Shown piece by piece: positions 52,846 to 63,662 of a DNA stretch of 64,000 nt (position 1 is its first letter; each line of letters opens with the position of its first letter). Both the position numbers and the translations under genes were made by a program. The notes beneath the pieces were generated by a model. The model was not told the origin of the DNA, did no database searches, and saw only the letters and a program-made list of their open reading frames with translations. The DNA lies in contig JBHIFL010000008.1 in assembly GCA_046761065.1 (NCBI GenBank), forward strand, positions 1 through 64,000. Direction: 5' to 3'. Source of the DNA: Candidatus Heimdallarchaeota archaeon (GTDB lineage: Archaea; Asgardarchaeota; Wukongarchaeia; Wukongarchaeales; JBHIFL01).

Positions 52846-53898
52846 CTATTGTTTTCCTAATTTTTTAGCAAATTCTGCTAGCTCGGGGTGAACACTTTTT
52901 CCTTTATTGAGGATCTGTTTGCCATCTAACCAAACCGAAGCGTTCAGGCAGATTCCATCCGAGTGGGACGCGGCAGGCCTCCAATCCATGTTTCCGATTC
53001 CCCACTCGACACATCCCCAGACCCTCTCGTCCTCGACGATGTCTCCAGTAAGTTTCGCGCCTGGATTGAAGCCATAACAAATATGCGCCATTTTTAGCAT
53101 GTTTGGATCATTAAAGCTTCTCAGCCACGTCTCGTATTCGACAGCCTCTTTTCCGCCTTCAATTTTAACTATATCACCTTTTTCGATGGTCAACGCTATC
53201 TGCTCCTTGAGCAGTCCAATGGGAGGTACTACTGAGCCATCATAGACTATCTTACCGTTTATTGTGTCGTTTTGGATGCGCCACCAGATCTGTCCTCCCA
53301 TCATGTGAGATCCTGGTGTATGAGCATAGCCCATGGAGTAATCGCCCAACTTCTCGGGAGAGTTTTGAAACGTCACGTCCATGCCTGCAGGCGTGGTGAT
53401 GCGAACCTCATTCGCCGCCTTCGTTAGGTCAGTAATTTTTGCTGAGAACTTCTCTAAGGCTGGATAGTCAACCCTTCCTATACATCGGACCATCATGTCC
53501 GCATTCATACCCACAAGACAGAGATATCTCAGGTTAGAGTTTTCCTTCATGGCGCGATCATAGGTTGTTGAATAGAAAATCCACTGATTGTTAAACTCGA
53601 CCCAAGCATCGGTTCCCCTCAGCGCGCCGACTAGGGCTTCCTGGGGAAGCATCGGATCAGCGGCTTTGCCTACACCCAAGGCCGATGCCAGCCAGATAAC
53701 CATGGGTTTCGCACCGCAAGCGAAGGCGGCCCTAGCAGTTGCTTCTACAACTCGTTCGTCTGATTCGGTATCGGCAGTGATGATGAAGGTCTCTCCCTCT
53801 TTAAGTCTGAAGAGTTCTCGTGTTAAAATATCAGCAGCCTTTCCCAACTCAAATTCATACCATTTGGGCATATAAACACCTGTTCCATGGGAAATCAT
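52846..53898 (-). CDS. Thermophilic metalloprotease/aminopeptidase-like (M29/NicX-like) protein
   Basis: NGKIVYDGS, GFNPGAKLTGDIVEDERVWG, SHSD. Confidence 0.8.
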   Translation of the reverse strand: MISHGTGVYMPKWYEFELGKAADILTRELFRLKEGETFIITADTESDERVVEATARAAFACGAKPMVIWLASALGVGKAADPMLPQEALVGALRGTDAWVEFNNQWIFYSTTYDRAMKENSNLRYLCLVGMNADMMVRCIGRVDYPALEKFSAKITDLTKAANEVRITTPAGMDVTFQNSPEKLGDYSMGYAHTPGSHMMGGQIWWRIQNDTINGKIVYDGSVVPPIGLLKEQIALTIEKGDIVKIEGGKEAVEYETWLRSFNDPNMLKMAHICYGFNPGAKLTGDIVEDERVWGCVEWGIGNMDWRPAASHSDGICLNASVWLDGKQILNKGKSVHPELAEFAKKLGKQ

Positions 53899-54169
53899 AT
53901 GTTGATAAAAATCTTTACTCTCTTGTTGAAACCTCTTTAAACGGCACCTATAGATTATTTCCTGTTTTAAATAAGGTAATTTTTTAAGTTGCGTTTAATA
54001 AATGGTTGATCGAAGGGTGAGAGAATAATTTTCATTTGTAAGGACGATATAGTGTAAATAGATAGCTTTTTTAAAAATTTCATTTTTGAATCATTCTCGC
54101 TCCGAAAACCTATTAAAGCTGGTTCTGGCGTTTTCATTTTTGCTTCTAAAATAAATTGAGTCGTCGAAC

Positions 54170-55564
54170 TTGAACAAATCCATCTTGATAAAAAACGCAA
54201 GTTTCATTCTCACCATGAAGTCCCCTGTGAGAGAAATAATCAAAAACGGTTCTATTCTCATTGATAATGGAGCTATAGTCCAACTGGGTAAAGCATCGGA
54301 AATTAGAGAATCTGCAGATATCCATATCGATGCAAAGGGGATGATTGCTCTCCCGGGATTGATTAACACTCATGTGCATCTTGCTCAGGCAATGATTAGA
54401 GGATGTGCCGATGATCAAGGCCTGATTCCCTGGTTACGTGATTATGTGTGGCCGCTTCAGGGGAATTATTCTGCTGAAGATGGCAAGACAAGTGCCCAGT
54501 TGTGTATGATTGAGATGATCAAATCTGGAACTACAAGCTTCGTTGAAAGCATGATTGCATCTCGGTATGGAATGGATGAAATTGCAAAAGCCCTTCACGA
54601 AATTGGGATGCGTGGTGCACTCTCCAAGATTGTAATGGATGACTTTGCTTATGGAACTCAAAAGAGTATTATGCATGAAGGAATGATAGAAGACAGACAA
54701 GAGACAATTCAAGAATTTCGTCAGATGTATGCCAGATGGCATAAAAAAAACGATCAGATCTTCATCTGGTTAGGTCCACGTAGTCTTGGAGCTTGTACAC
54801 CTGACTTGTATCGTGAAATCGCAGAACTCGCCAAAGAATGCATGACAGGAGTCACAATGCACTTAGCAGAAGTCAAAGAAGATGTAACATATACCATAGA
54901 GCATTTTGGGCTGAAACCCGCCGAATTTATGAAGGATGTAGGCCTATTAGGACCAAATATCCTGTTTACGCATGCAATATGGCTTTCTGATAGGGAAATC
55001 GAAATACTGGGGCAATCCCACACGAATGTAACACACTGTCCGGCTTCGAACATGAAATTAGCATCAGGAATTGCGAAGGTTCCTAGATTGTTGAAAGAAG
55101 GGATAAATGTTACAATAGGAACGGATGGAGGGCCATCCAATAATACCTACGATATGTTGCGTGAGATGCGCCTCACCAGCTATTTGCAAAAGGTGCGAAC
55201 CCTCAATCCGACCGTTCTTCCTGCAGAAAGCGTTCTAGAAATGGCAACCATCCGGGGGGCTAAAGTCCTAGGACTTGAAGAAAAAATCGGCTCTATAGAA
55301 ATAGGAAAACGAGCTGACTTAATTTTAGTGAAATTTGCCGATAAACCTCATCTTACTCCGATGTATAATCCCGTTTCGAGTTTGGTTTATGCAGCGTGTG
55401 GTTCAGATGTAGACACAACATTAATCGATGGGCAGGTTATCATGCGGGCTCGAAAGCTTCAAACTATTGATGAACTAAAAGTCTTAGAAAAGGCACAAAA
55501 ACGTGGTATAGGAGTCACCGAAAAAGCAGGGATTGAGATTACTTCCAGATGGCCGACACTTTAG
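54170..55564 (+). CDS. Amidohydrolase (MtaD-like deaminase)
   Basis: NTHVH, HLAE, HCPASNMKLASG, GTDG. Confidence 0.93.
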   Translation: MNKSILIKNASFILTMKSPVREIIKNGSILIDNGAIVQLGKASEIRESADIHIDAKGMIALPGLINTHVHLAQAMIRGCADDQGLIPWLRDYVWPLQGNYSAEDGKTSAQLCMIEMIKSGTTSFVESMIASRYGMDEIAKALHEIGMRGALSKIVMDDFAYGTQKSIMHEGMIEDRQETIQEFRQMYARWHKKNDQIFIWLGPRSLGACTPDLYREIAELAKECMTGVTMHLAEVKEDVTYTIEHFGLKPAEFMKDVGLLGPNILFTHAIWLSDREIEILGQSHTNVTHCPASNMKLASGIAKVPRLLKEGINVTIGTDGGPSNNTYDMLREMRLTSYLQKVRTLNPTVLPAESVLEMATIRGAKVLGLEEKIGSIEIGKRADLILVKFADKPHLTPMYNPVSSLVYAACGSDVDTTLIDGQVIMRARKLQTIDELKVLEKAQKRGIGVTEKAGIEITSRWPTL

Positions 55565-55656
55565 TTTTAGAGAGGCATCTAGAAAATTAGAAAACAATTC
55601 TAAAACTTGTAATCGGTCACGAATCATTGTTCTCTATTAAAATTAGAAGCTATTTA

Positions 55657-56022
55657 TTATGCTTTTTGTGCTAGGATTGTGAAACTGCAAGAAGAGACAT
55701 TGAACTTCTTTCTGTACCTCTCTATAAGCTCTTTTGCTTGAGGTTCCTTTTCCATAGCTTCAAGAAACTTCTCAAAGGCTTCCAAATCATTGAAAACTAA
55801 CTGTTCTATGTATCTATTTCTTTTCGGAGTAACTTGGAAAGAAAAGTATTGTTTCTTAACATCTAGGGGTATGAAGAGTTCATAGCGCTTACAGCCATGC
55901 GATTCATAACATGGTTTCATTTTCTCTTCAACAAACTCAAGGAAGCTTTCCATCTTTTCCGGAGGCACATTACAAGACCATTGAACTAGGATCAAATTAT
56001 TAACCTCGTTTACATCGATCAT
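55657..56022 (-). CDS. Hypothetical protein, possibly dimeric alpha-beta barrel
   Basis: 121-aa ORF with plausible composition in intergenic gap. Confidence 0.55.
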   Translation of the reverse strand: MIDVNEVNNLILVQWSCNVPPEKMESFLEFVEEKMKPCYESHGCKRYELFIPLDVKKQYFSFQVTPKRNRYIEQLVFNDLEAFEKFLEAMEKEPQAKELIERYRKKFNVSSCSFTILAQKA

Positions 56023-56207
56023 CTGTCTGTTGATAATAAAATGAATACACCATATTGCGTTTAATAATCAATTGAAAAATTCTGATCTTTTTTTTGAATA
56101 TAAACTTTTATGCGCTTTATTTGAAAGACTGCGCGTAAGTTATGGAAGCCTCTTTCCACAAGTTTTTCTTACATTTATGTGGATAATAGGAATTCTGTCA
56201 GCAATAA

Positions 56208-56507
56208 TTGGTGATTTTCTTGCCAAAGATCACAGTCAAAGCCCTCGGGTCCTTTATTGATTACTTTGGATTTAAAAGAAAAGAAATCGAATTGACTGGA
56301 AACACTATTGCACAGCTCCTAAATGAGCTTTCCAAACAAATCCCGGAATTCTCTCAACATATTTTTGAAGACAAACAAAATAAAAAAGTGAAAGGCTTTG
56401 TAAAGATTTTAATTAATGGGCGAGGAATCGAACATCTTGGTAATCTTCAAGCTACACTGAATAAGGGGGATATCGTCGCTATTTCTCCGCCCATTGGCGG
56501 AGGATGA
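56208..56507 (+). CDS. MoaD/ThiS/SAMP ubiquitin-like sulfur carrier
   Basis: ILING..GDIVAISPPIGGG C-terminal di-glycine. Confidence 0.9.
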   Translation: MVIFLPKITVKALGSFIDYFGFKRKEIELTGNTIAQLLNELSKQIPEFSQHIFEDKQNKKVKGFVKILINGRGIEHLGNLQATLNKGDIVAISPPIGGG

Positions 56508-56585
56508 GAAGAAAAGAACTACATGCCCCTTCTCAAGAATGTTTAGTTATAAATACGAGATCTGACTTGAAGTGGAGGTTCCAGC

Positions 56586-57071
56586 ATGAGTACAAGACGA
56601 CTGATCGTCGATTTTAACAAATGCACTGGGTGTCGAATCTGCATGATTGAATGCGCCATTGAGAAAACTGGACGAATACAACTATCAAAAGCTCGGCTTT
56701 TTGTTGTGAAGCATGATAAGGATTCTCTTGACATTCCAATTGTTTGTCATCAATGTGAGATCTGCTCCGAAGTCTGTCCAGAGGAAGCCATTCAATCCAC
56801 CGAATTTGGAGCGAAGGTTGTAATATCTGAGGACTGTATTGCATGTGGTGTATGTGAGGATGTTTGTCCATTTGGCACAATATGGGTCGATAAAGATTTA
56901 GATGTTGCGGTGAAATGTGATTTGTGCGGAGGGGAGCCACACTGCGTTCAAACTTGTCCTTATGATGCGCTCTCTCTAAAGACATCCGATAAAGCAATTC
57001 TCGATAAACGAATTAATGAAAGCGAGCGAATCGCAAAACGCCTCCGCGAATCAATTCCCTATACTCACTAA
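56586..57071 (+). CDS. 4Fe-4S dicluster ferredoxin-like subunit
   Basis: Four Cys clusters incl. CTGCRIC and KCDLC. Confidence 0.93.
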   Translation: MSTRRLIVDFNKCTGCRICMIECAIEKTGRIQLSKARLFVVKHDKDSLDIPIVCHQCEICSEVCPEEAIQSTEFGAKVVISEDCIACGVCEDVCPFGTIWVDKDLDVAVKCDLCGGEPHCVQTCPYDALSLKTSDKAILDKRINESERIAKRLRESIPYTH

Positions 57072-57120
57072 ATCAGGTTACTATGTTTCACTAATTGCTT
57101 AATTAAGTTGTGAGGAATCA

Positions 57121-59010
57121 TTGATGAAAGGATATGTTAGTAAGAAGCTCTTAAGGATTGATTTGACTACAAAAACCATTAAAGAAGAGCGATTATCCAA
57201 CGAAATTTTAAAAGACTATATCGGAGGCTCAGGACTTGGTGCTAAACTCTTATTCGATGAGGTTCCTCCTGGGACCAATCCATTAGGTTCAGGTAATAAA
57301 CTCTTCCTTTTAACAGGACCTGTTACTGGTACAGGGTGGCCGACTTCTGGACGATCTTGCTTTGTCACAAAAGCGCCGCTAACGGAAATTTGGGGCGAAA
57401 GTCATGTGGGGGGGTTCTTAGGACCCGAATTGAAATATGCTGGGTTCGATGCGGTCGCAATTGAAGGGGCTTCAGAAAAACCGGTCTTCATTTATATTCA
57501 TGATGGATCTGCTGACATCCACGATGCTTCACATTTGTGGGGGAGTGATACCCATGAAACCTCTACCACACTACTGAAGGATACCCATCAAGATGCTCAA
57601 CTCGCAGTTATTGGCCCGGCTGGCGAGAAACTCGTTCGCTTTGCTGCGATCATTGTCAACTATGCGCGAGCCGCGGGACGAACAGGAATGGGAGCGGTTA
57701 TGGGCTCAAAGAAATTGAAAGCGATCGTAGTGAAGGGAACAGGGCCCATTGAAGTTGCAGATATGAAAAATTTCCGTAAATTGATGCATACAGCTCACCA
57801 GCGGGTGATAACGCATCCCCAAGCCATGGATCTACGGACTTATGGAACGCCTCTCCTTGTTGCGTATAAATCTGAGATCGGGGAACTTGTTACCAAAAAT
57901 CATCAGACAGGCATCTTTCCGGAAGCAGAGAAGCTCATGGCTGATACACTGCGGGATAACTATTGGAAGAGAACTAGAGCCTGTGCATATTGCAGTGTAG
58001 GCTGCAAAAAAGAGTACGAAGTCAAAGGCGGCCAATTTCCCTGTCGTGCTGAAGGTCCAGAGTATGAAGCGATTTATTCATTTGGCACAAATTGTTGGAA
58101 CAGTGATTTTGGCTCCATTCTTCAAGCAAACCTCTTAAGTAATAAATACGGTTTGGACTCCATTTCGACGGGATGTGTCATTGCATTTGCAATGGAGTTA
58201 TGGGAGCGTAGACTCATTACTAAGGAAGATACAGAGGGATTGGAACTTACTTGGGGAAATGCAAAGGCAATTGTTACTCTCGTGAATAAAATTGCTAAGC
58301 GCGAAGGCTTTGGGGATTTTTTGGCTGAGGGATCTTGGCGGGTCGCAAACGAGATAGGGCGAGGGGCCGATCAGAGCACCGTAACCGTAAAAAAAATGGA
58401 GATTTCCGGTCAAGATGGACGTACTCATCGGTCAATGGCATTAGGACATGCGACAGCTGCCCGAGGTGGAGACCATTTACGAAGTTTAATTACAATCGAT
58501 CAATTGGGTTATCAAGACATAGCTGCCGCCCGGTTTGGGGCAAGTAAACTCCCTGAGATTTGTGATCCCTATTCGGAAACCCATAAAGCCCTTGCAACAA
58601 AGATCACGGAGGATATTTATGCGTTGCGCGACACGCTGCTCGTATGCTGGTATACCTGCTCCTGGCCCCCTATTTTCTGGTTAGATGATTTTGGATCTGC
58701 TCTTGTGTCAGTTACGGGAGAATCAGCTTTTGGGAGTAAAGAAAATCTAGTACGTATTGCTGAACGGATTGTGACCCTCAAACGAGCATTCAACGTTCGA
58801 GAAGGAGCAAATCGCACTGATGATCAACTTCCCGATCGATTCTTTTCTCCGATGCCAGAAGGTCCAGGTAAAGGGCAAGTTGTCAACCTTGACGTCATGT
58901 TAGATGAATACTATACGCTTAGAGGGTGGGACGAGAATGGAATCCCTACTCAAGATATCTTATCACGGCTCGACCTAAAAAATGTAGTTAAATTCTTGGA
59001 GAGAGATTGA
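57121..59010 (+). CDS. Tungsten aldehyde:ferredoxin oxidoreductase family
   Basis: IGPAGEKLV, AAGRTGMGAVMGSKKLKA, GPEYE, GLDSIS. Confidence 0.96.
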   Translation: MMKGYVSKKLLRIDLTTKTIKEERLSNEILKDYIGGSGLGAKLLFDEVPPGTNPLGSGNKLFLLTGPVTGTGWPTSGRSCFVTKAPLTEIWGESHVGGFLGPELKYAGFDAVAIEGASEKPVFIYIHDGSADIHDASHLWGSDTHETSTTLLKDTHQDAQLAVIGPAGEKLVRFAAIIVNYARAAGRTGMGAVMGSKKLKAIVVKGTGPIEVADMKNFRKLMHTAHQRVITHPQAMDLRTYGTPLLVAYKSEIGELVTKNHQTGIFPEAEKLMADTLRDNYWKRTRACAYCSVGCKKEYEVKGGQFPCRAEGPEYEAIYSFGTNCWNSDFGSILQANLLSNKYGLDSISTGCVIAFAMELWERRLITKEDTEGLELTWGNAKAIVTLVNKIAKREGFGDFLAEGSWRVANEIGRGADQSTVTVKKMEISGQDGRTHRSMALGHATAARGGDHLRSLITIDQLGYQDIAAARFGASKLPEICDPYSETHKALATKITEDIYALRDTLLVCWYTCSWPPIFWLDDFGSALVSVTGESAFGSKENLVRIAERIVTLKRAFNVREGANRTDDQLPDRFFSPMPEGPGKGQVVNLDVMLDEYYTLRGWDENGIPTQDILSRLDLKNVVKFLERD

Positions 59011-59238
59011 GATAAATGATTATTTATGGAAATCCTTATTGTGAACAGAATACTGTATATGTGAAGGAGAAATGCCTTCTCACGAATTCAATTCCGATTT
59101 TCCGGGTTTTTTCTTACTATCAAATTTTAGAAACGCCTTCTAAGTTATATTCTAAGCACTATCATAAACCACATGAAAATAACCGAAGGATATACCTTAT
59201 TGAGACTTGAATGGTCCAACTTTAGAGATGTCCATGAT

Positions 59239-59632
59239 ATGAGTTCCAATAAGAGGATCTTAAAAACGACATGTAAAAGTTGTCATGGTGGTTGCGGAGT
59301 ACTCGTTACCGTAGAAAATGGTAGGATAACTCTTATTGAAGGAGATCCAGACTCACCTACCGAGGGAACAATGTGCTCTAAAGGTCTTGCAAGCACCCAG
59401 GATGTTTATAATCCGAATCGAATTTAATATCCATTGAAAAGGGAGGGAAAATATGGAGAAGGGAAATGAGAAAGGATCAGTTGAGAAGAAGCTTTAACCA
59501 TCATTGCAAAAAAAAGAAGGAAGCCATCGAAAAGTATGGTCCTACCTCCATTGGTATCAGCCAAGGAACGGGGCGAGGGTACAATAGATATACATTCAGG
59601 TTTGCAAGATCCATTGGCACACCAAATATATT
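59239..59632 (+). pseudogene. N-terminal remnant of molybdopterin oxidoreductase
   Basis: CKSCHGGC..MCSKG..PNRI*YPLKR..GEGK*ERIS*EEAL; three stops; truncated. Confidence 0.85.
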
Positions 59633-60512
59633 CCTCCCAAACGCCGTACCTACCTATAACTCCAGAATAGATAGCCGAGGAGGGTTATAAAGCGTGGAAG
59701 GCTGGTGCCTCTGTTGTTCATGTCCATGCCTGAGATCTGAAGATGGGTAAGCTTACACCGGTTCTTAATGTTTTCCGTGAGATTCTCACTCAAATCAAGG
59801 AAAAATGTGATGTGGTCATTTGTGTTACTACAGGTGGGGCTTTGGGTATGGCGAAGGAGGATCGGGTGGCGGTTGTTCCTACATTCAAGCCCGAAATGGC
59901 CTCCTTTAATATGGGTTCATAAATTTCAGTATTCACCCGGTTCTGGAGAGAATTAAGGAATGGAAATACGACTGGGAGCAGGAGTATGCCGCTTCAACCA
60001 AAGATATTGTGTTCCGTAATACATTTGAAGACTTAGAATATTTTTTGGAAACAATGAAGGAGAACGACTCTAAGCCTGAACTTGAAATTTATGATGGCGG
60101 TCACCTTTACAACGCCGCTTTCCTTGTTCGAAAAGGGATCTTGAAACCTCCTATTCATATGCAATTTGTAACTGGCGTTCTAGGCGGAATAGGTAATAGA
60201 ATCGACGACTTGTACTACCTTAAAAATACCGCAGATCGTTTGATAGGCGCCAGTAACTACTCTTGGTCAGTAATAGGGGTTGGCTATCCAGCTCAATTTC
60301 ACCTCGGTGCTATGTCGATCATGATGGGCGGCCATGCACGAGTTGGCTTGGAGGACAACATTTACATTGAAAGAAGGGTTCTCGCAAAAAGTAACACTGA
60401 AATAGTCGCTAAAATCGCTCAGATTGCAAAACTGCTTGGTCGTGAAGTAGCCACACCCAACGAGACTAGGCGAATCCTCGGATTGAAAGGAATAGATAAG
60501 GTTAATTTCTAA
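59633..60512 (+). pseudogene. 3-keto-5-aminohexanoate cleavage enzyme (BKACE) family, 5'-truncated and broken
   Basis: PYLPITPE*IAEE..GASVVHVHA*, PELEIYD, GGHARVGLEDN. Confidence 0.85.
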
Positions 60513-60806
60513 CATTATCCTTTTCCAGAATATGATCTTCTAGTATAGTATTCTAGCAACTATCAGCATGATCTGCCATTTGTATAATCAAAATATCGTG
60601 TTTCAGACAAACATTTTAAGAATTCTTGTTAGATCAGTTATCTTGGTTATACATAGTTTCTGCAGCGAAAAGAGCCTTCTTATTACTTTTTACCAAAGCA
60701 GCCCATAAATTTATTTTAGAAAGGAGAACCAATTTTGAATGGTTTAAACGAAGAGTAGAAATATGGCTTCTAAAATCCTTCTAAAAGCTTCATATTAAAT
60801 AAGGTA

Positions 60807-61298
60807 TTGAGAAAGATGTTTATCTGCGGAAACTCTTATATATGCACTGGATGCCGCGTTTGTGAAGCAATGTGTTCGTTTAAACACTTTTCTGTCATCA
60901 ATCCCTCACTTGCACGTATTCAAATCAAAAGAGATGATTTAGGCGCGGACATGATATTCACCTGTCGTCAATGCAATGAACCTGCTTGTATGGAAGAGTG
61001 TCCTGAAGGAGCACTATATTTGGAAGACGGTTATGTTAAATTCGACCGTGAGTTGTGTGCTGGCTGCTTTGTATGTGTGGAGGCGTGTCCCTACGGTGGG
61101 ATTTGGACTCACCCAGATCTTGGTTATCCTTTGAAGTGTGATTTATGTGATGGTTCACCCCTGTGTGTAGATACATGTCCTGCTGATGTATTGAAACTTG
61201 TTGAAACAGAAGAAGAAGCGGAAAAGATCTGGAACCAACCTATTTCAGGGCAAGCTCTTGTTAAGGCGTATCAAAAGGGAGGTGAGGGATCAAGATGA
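60807..61298 (+). CDS. 4Fe-4S dicluster ferredoxin-like subunit
   Basis: CTGCRVC, CRQC, CAGCFVC, KCDLC. Confidence 0.93.
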   Translation: MRKMFICGNSYICTGCRVCEAMCSFKHFSVINPSLARIQIKRDDLGADMIFTCRQCNEPACMEECPEGALYLEDGYVKFDRELCAGCFVCVEACPYGGIWTHPDLGYPLKCDLCDGSPLCVDTCPADVLKLVETEEEAEKIWNQPISGQALVKAYQKGGEGSR

Positions 61299-63199
61299 GT
61301 GAAGGGTTTCCTTACAAAGGTTATGCCGGGAAACTATTATATCTGGATCTATCACATCACAAAATTTTCTCAACACAATATCCACGAGATTTAGCTGAAA
61401 ACTATCTAGGTGGCGCAGGACTAGCCTCCCGAATCTTGTATGATATGATCCAACCGGGAATTGATCCCTTAAGCCCTACCAATGTGGTAATAGTCGCTAC
61501 GGGACCTCTAACTGGCACGTTGTTTCCTCAGGCTTCACGCTACATCGTGGCAGCAAAGAGCCCCCTTACTGGGATTTGGGGCGAAAGCCATGCCGCTGGG
61601 CATTTTGGGCCAGAACTAAAATTTGCTGGCTATGATGGAGTTGTTATTACTGGTCGGAGTGAAAATCCTGTCTACTTGTTTATCGAAAATGGGAAAACCG
61701 AGCTTTTAGATGCGCGCGAGCTATGGGGGAGTACGACAAGTGAAACAGAGGATAAAATCCGAGAACTCCATGGTTCAAATAACCGAATCAAAATCGCTTC
61801 TATCGGCCCAGCGGGGGAAAAGTTAGTCCGATTTGCCGCAATTATTAATGACAAAGGCCGAGCTGCCGCCCGAAGTGGAATGGGCGCGGTTTGGGGGTCG
61901 AAAAATTTCAAAGCAATTGCTTGTGTTGGGTATGGTGAGCTTAAGGTAGCAGACCCGGAGCGATATTTAGACGTCATCAGGGCATTTCAACAAAGGATGC
62001 TAGATGACCCATTTATGCCCTCACGAGTAGAGTATGGCACTACATATCTAATAGAATTGATGCATGAGATTGGGCGCCTGCCATCATACAACCTGAAACA
62101 GGGTGTTTTTGACGAATTTGAAGCCATTGGGGGGGAAGCCATCAAACAACAATATCTGATAAAACCACGCGCGGATTTCGCCTGCCTTCAACGCTGTGAG
62201 CGCTATACGTGCGTTCCGACCGGACCATACCGCTATATTGGAGCTTCACCTGAGTTCGAGAGCCAGAGTGCTTTGGGGTCAAGATGTGGTAATAGGAACC
62301 TTGAATCAATACTGTATGCCCACTACCTCTGCAATTTATATGGACTAGATACAATAAGTACCGGAGCTGCAATCAGTTGGGCTATGGAATGTTGGGAAAA
62401 AGGCCTATTGACTGAAGAAGACACGAGGGGTATTAATTTGAATTGGGGGAGTCATGAAGTCATTATTCAATTGATTCATCAAATTGCCGCTCGAAAAGGA
62501 TTTGGAGACCTCTTGGCAGAGGGAAGCTATCGAGCTGCTCAACAACTTGGGAAGGGACAAGAATTCGTCATGCACGTCAAGAAACAGGAAATAGCCGCCC
62601 AAGAACCGCGTGCTCAGAAGAGTATGGGACTTGCTTCGGCCACTGCGGCAAGGGGAGCAGATCATTTGTATGCGTTCCCTGTGTTAGATGAGGTAGGATT
62701 TAGCGAAGCCATTAAGAAACGCTTTGGGTACGAATATCTGCCAGAGATTGGGGATCGGCTTGATCCTAAATATAAAGGATTAATGGTAGCTCGATGTGAA
62801 AACTTCATGGTTGTCGTTGAAAGTCTTGGCGTCTGTAAATACGGTACACAAATTCCTCCTCAGTTCTTCTATGATGATCTGGCTCTTGCCTTAGAAGTCA
62901 CAACAGGTCACAAATTATCATCAGAGGCGTTGGAACGGATTGGGGAACGGATCGTCAATCTAAATCGGGCATTTAATATCCGTGAAGGTATTGGACGAAA
63001 AGATGATACTTTACCAACTCGACTTACAAAAACTCCATCTCCATCAGGTCCAGCTAAAGGTCAAGTCGTCGAATTAGAGCAAATGCTTTCCGAATACTAC
63101 AACACACGCGGCTGGGATCAAGAAACTGGGTGTCCAACCCGGGAAAAACTTGTATCCCTTGGTCTTTTATACATAGCAGACGATCTAGAGGAATCTTGA
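61295..63199 (+). CDS. Tungsten aldehyde:ferredoxin oxidoreductase family
   Basis: IGPAGEKLV, ARSGMGAVWGSKNFKA, PEFE, GLDTIS. Confidence 0.96.
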   Translation: MSEGFPYKGYAGKLLYLDLSHHKIFSTQYPRDLAENYLGGAGLASRILYDMIQPGIDPLSPTNVVIVATGPLTGTLFPQASRYIVAAKSPLTGIWGESHAAGHFGPELKFAGYDGVVITGRSENPVYLFIENGKTELLDARELWGSTTSETEDKIRELHGSNNRIKIASIGPAGEKLVRFAAIINDKGRAAARSGMGAVWGSKNFKAIACVGYGELKVADPERYLDVIRAFQQRMLDDPFMPSRVEYGTTYLIELMHEIGRLPSYNLKQGVFDEFEAIGGEAIKQQYLIKPRADFACLQRCERYTCVPTGPYRYIGASPEFESQSALGSRCGNRNLESILYAHYLCNLYGLDTISTGAAISWAMECWEKGLLTEEDTRGINLNWGSHEVIIQLIHQIAARKGFGDLLAEGSYRAAQQLGKGQEFVMHVKKQEIAAQEPRAQKSMGLASATAARGADHLYAFPVLDEVGFSEAIKKRFGYEYLPEIGDRLDPKYKGLMVARCENFMVVVESLGVCKYGTQIPPQFFYDDLALALEVTTGHKLSSEALERIGERIVNLNRAFNIREGIGRKDDTLPTRLTKTPSPSGPAKGQVVELEQMLSEYYNTRGWDQETGCPTREKLVSLGLLYIADDLEES

Positions 63200-63425
63200 G
63201 ATATTTCTAAAAAAATATTGGAGTTAGATATCAAAATAAGCAACTTTTCAAAATACGATGGACATATGCTTGTATTCTGGCAGGCTAAACCCTTGTTTAA
63301 TTAAAATAATTCTATTCGTATTTTGTTTTTACTATCTTTCAAGTTTAGCTGCTCAGGCTGATTGGGTTAATATACTGATCAAAATTAATATGTATTATTT
63401 TTCAATACAATACTTTGAGAATCCA

Positions 63426-63662
63426 ATGAAACCTATAAATATTCGAATCGATGATGAAACAAAAGCAAAAATGGAATCATATCCGGATATTAATTGGTCT
63501 GAAATCATAAGACGAGCGATTAAAGAACGTCTAAAAATTTAAGAAACCCTTAGAAATAAAAAATTCAATCATTCACGAGCGTTACGTGCTGCGAAAGTAA
63601 TGAAGCAGCGTAGAGCTAAGACATCTGGAAAATGGAATGGAGCCGAGGAAATTCGAAAATGA
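63426..63662 (+). pseudogene. VapB-like antitoxin with in-frame TAA at 63540-63542
   Basis: INIRIDDETKAKM..INWSEIIRRAI; frame continues to EEIRK* overlapping toxin ATG. Confidence 0.7.

Noticed and set aside
59467-59484. TGA at two conserved Trp positions, suggesting TGA=Trp or selenocysteine recoding
   Set aside because: Intact genes use TGG for Trp and end in TGA (e.g. 3539, 59010, 63199); this gene also has a TAA and is truncated
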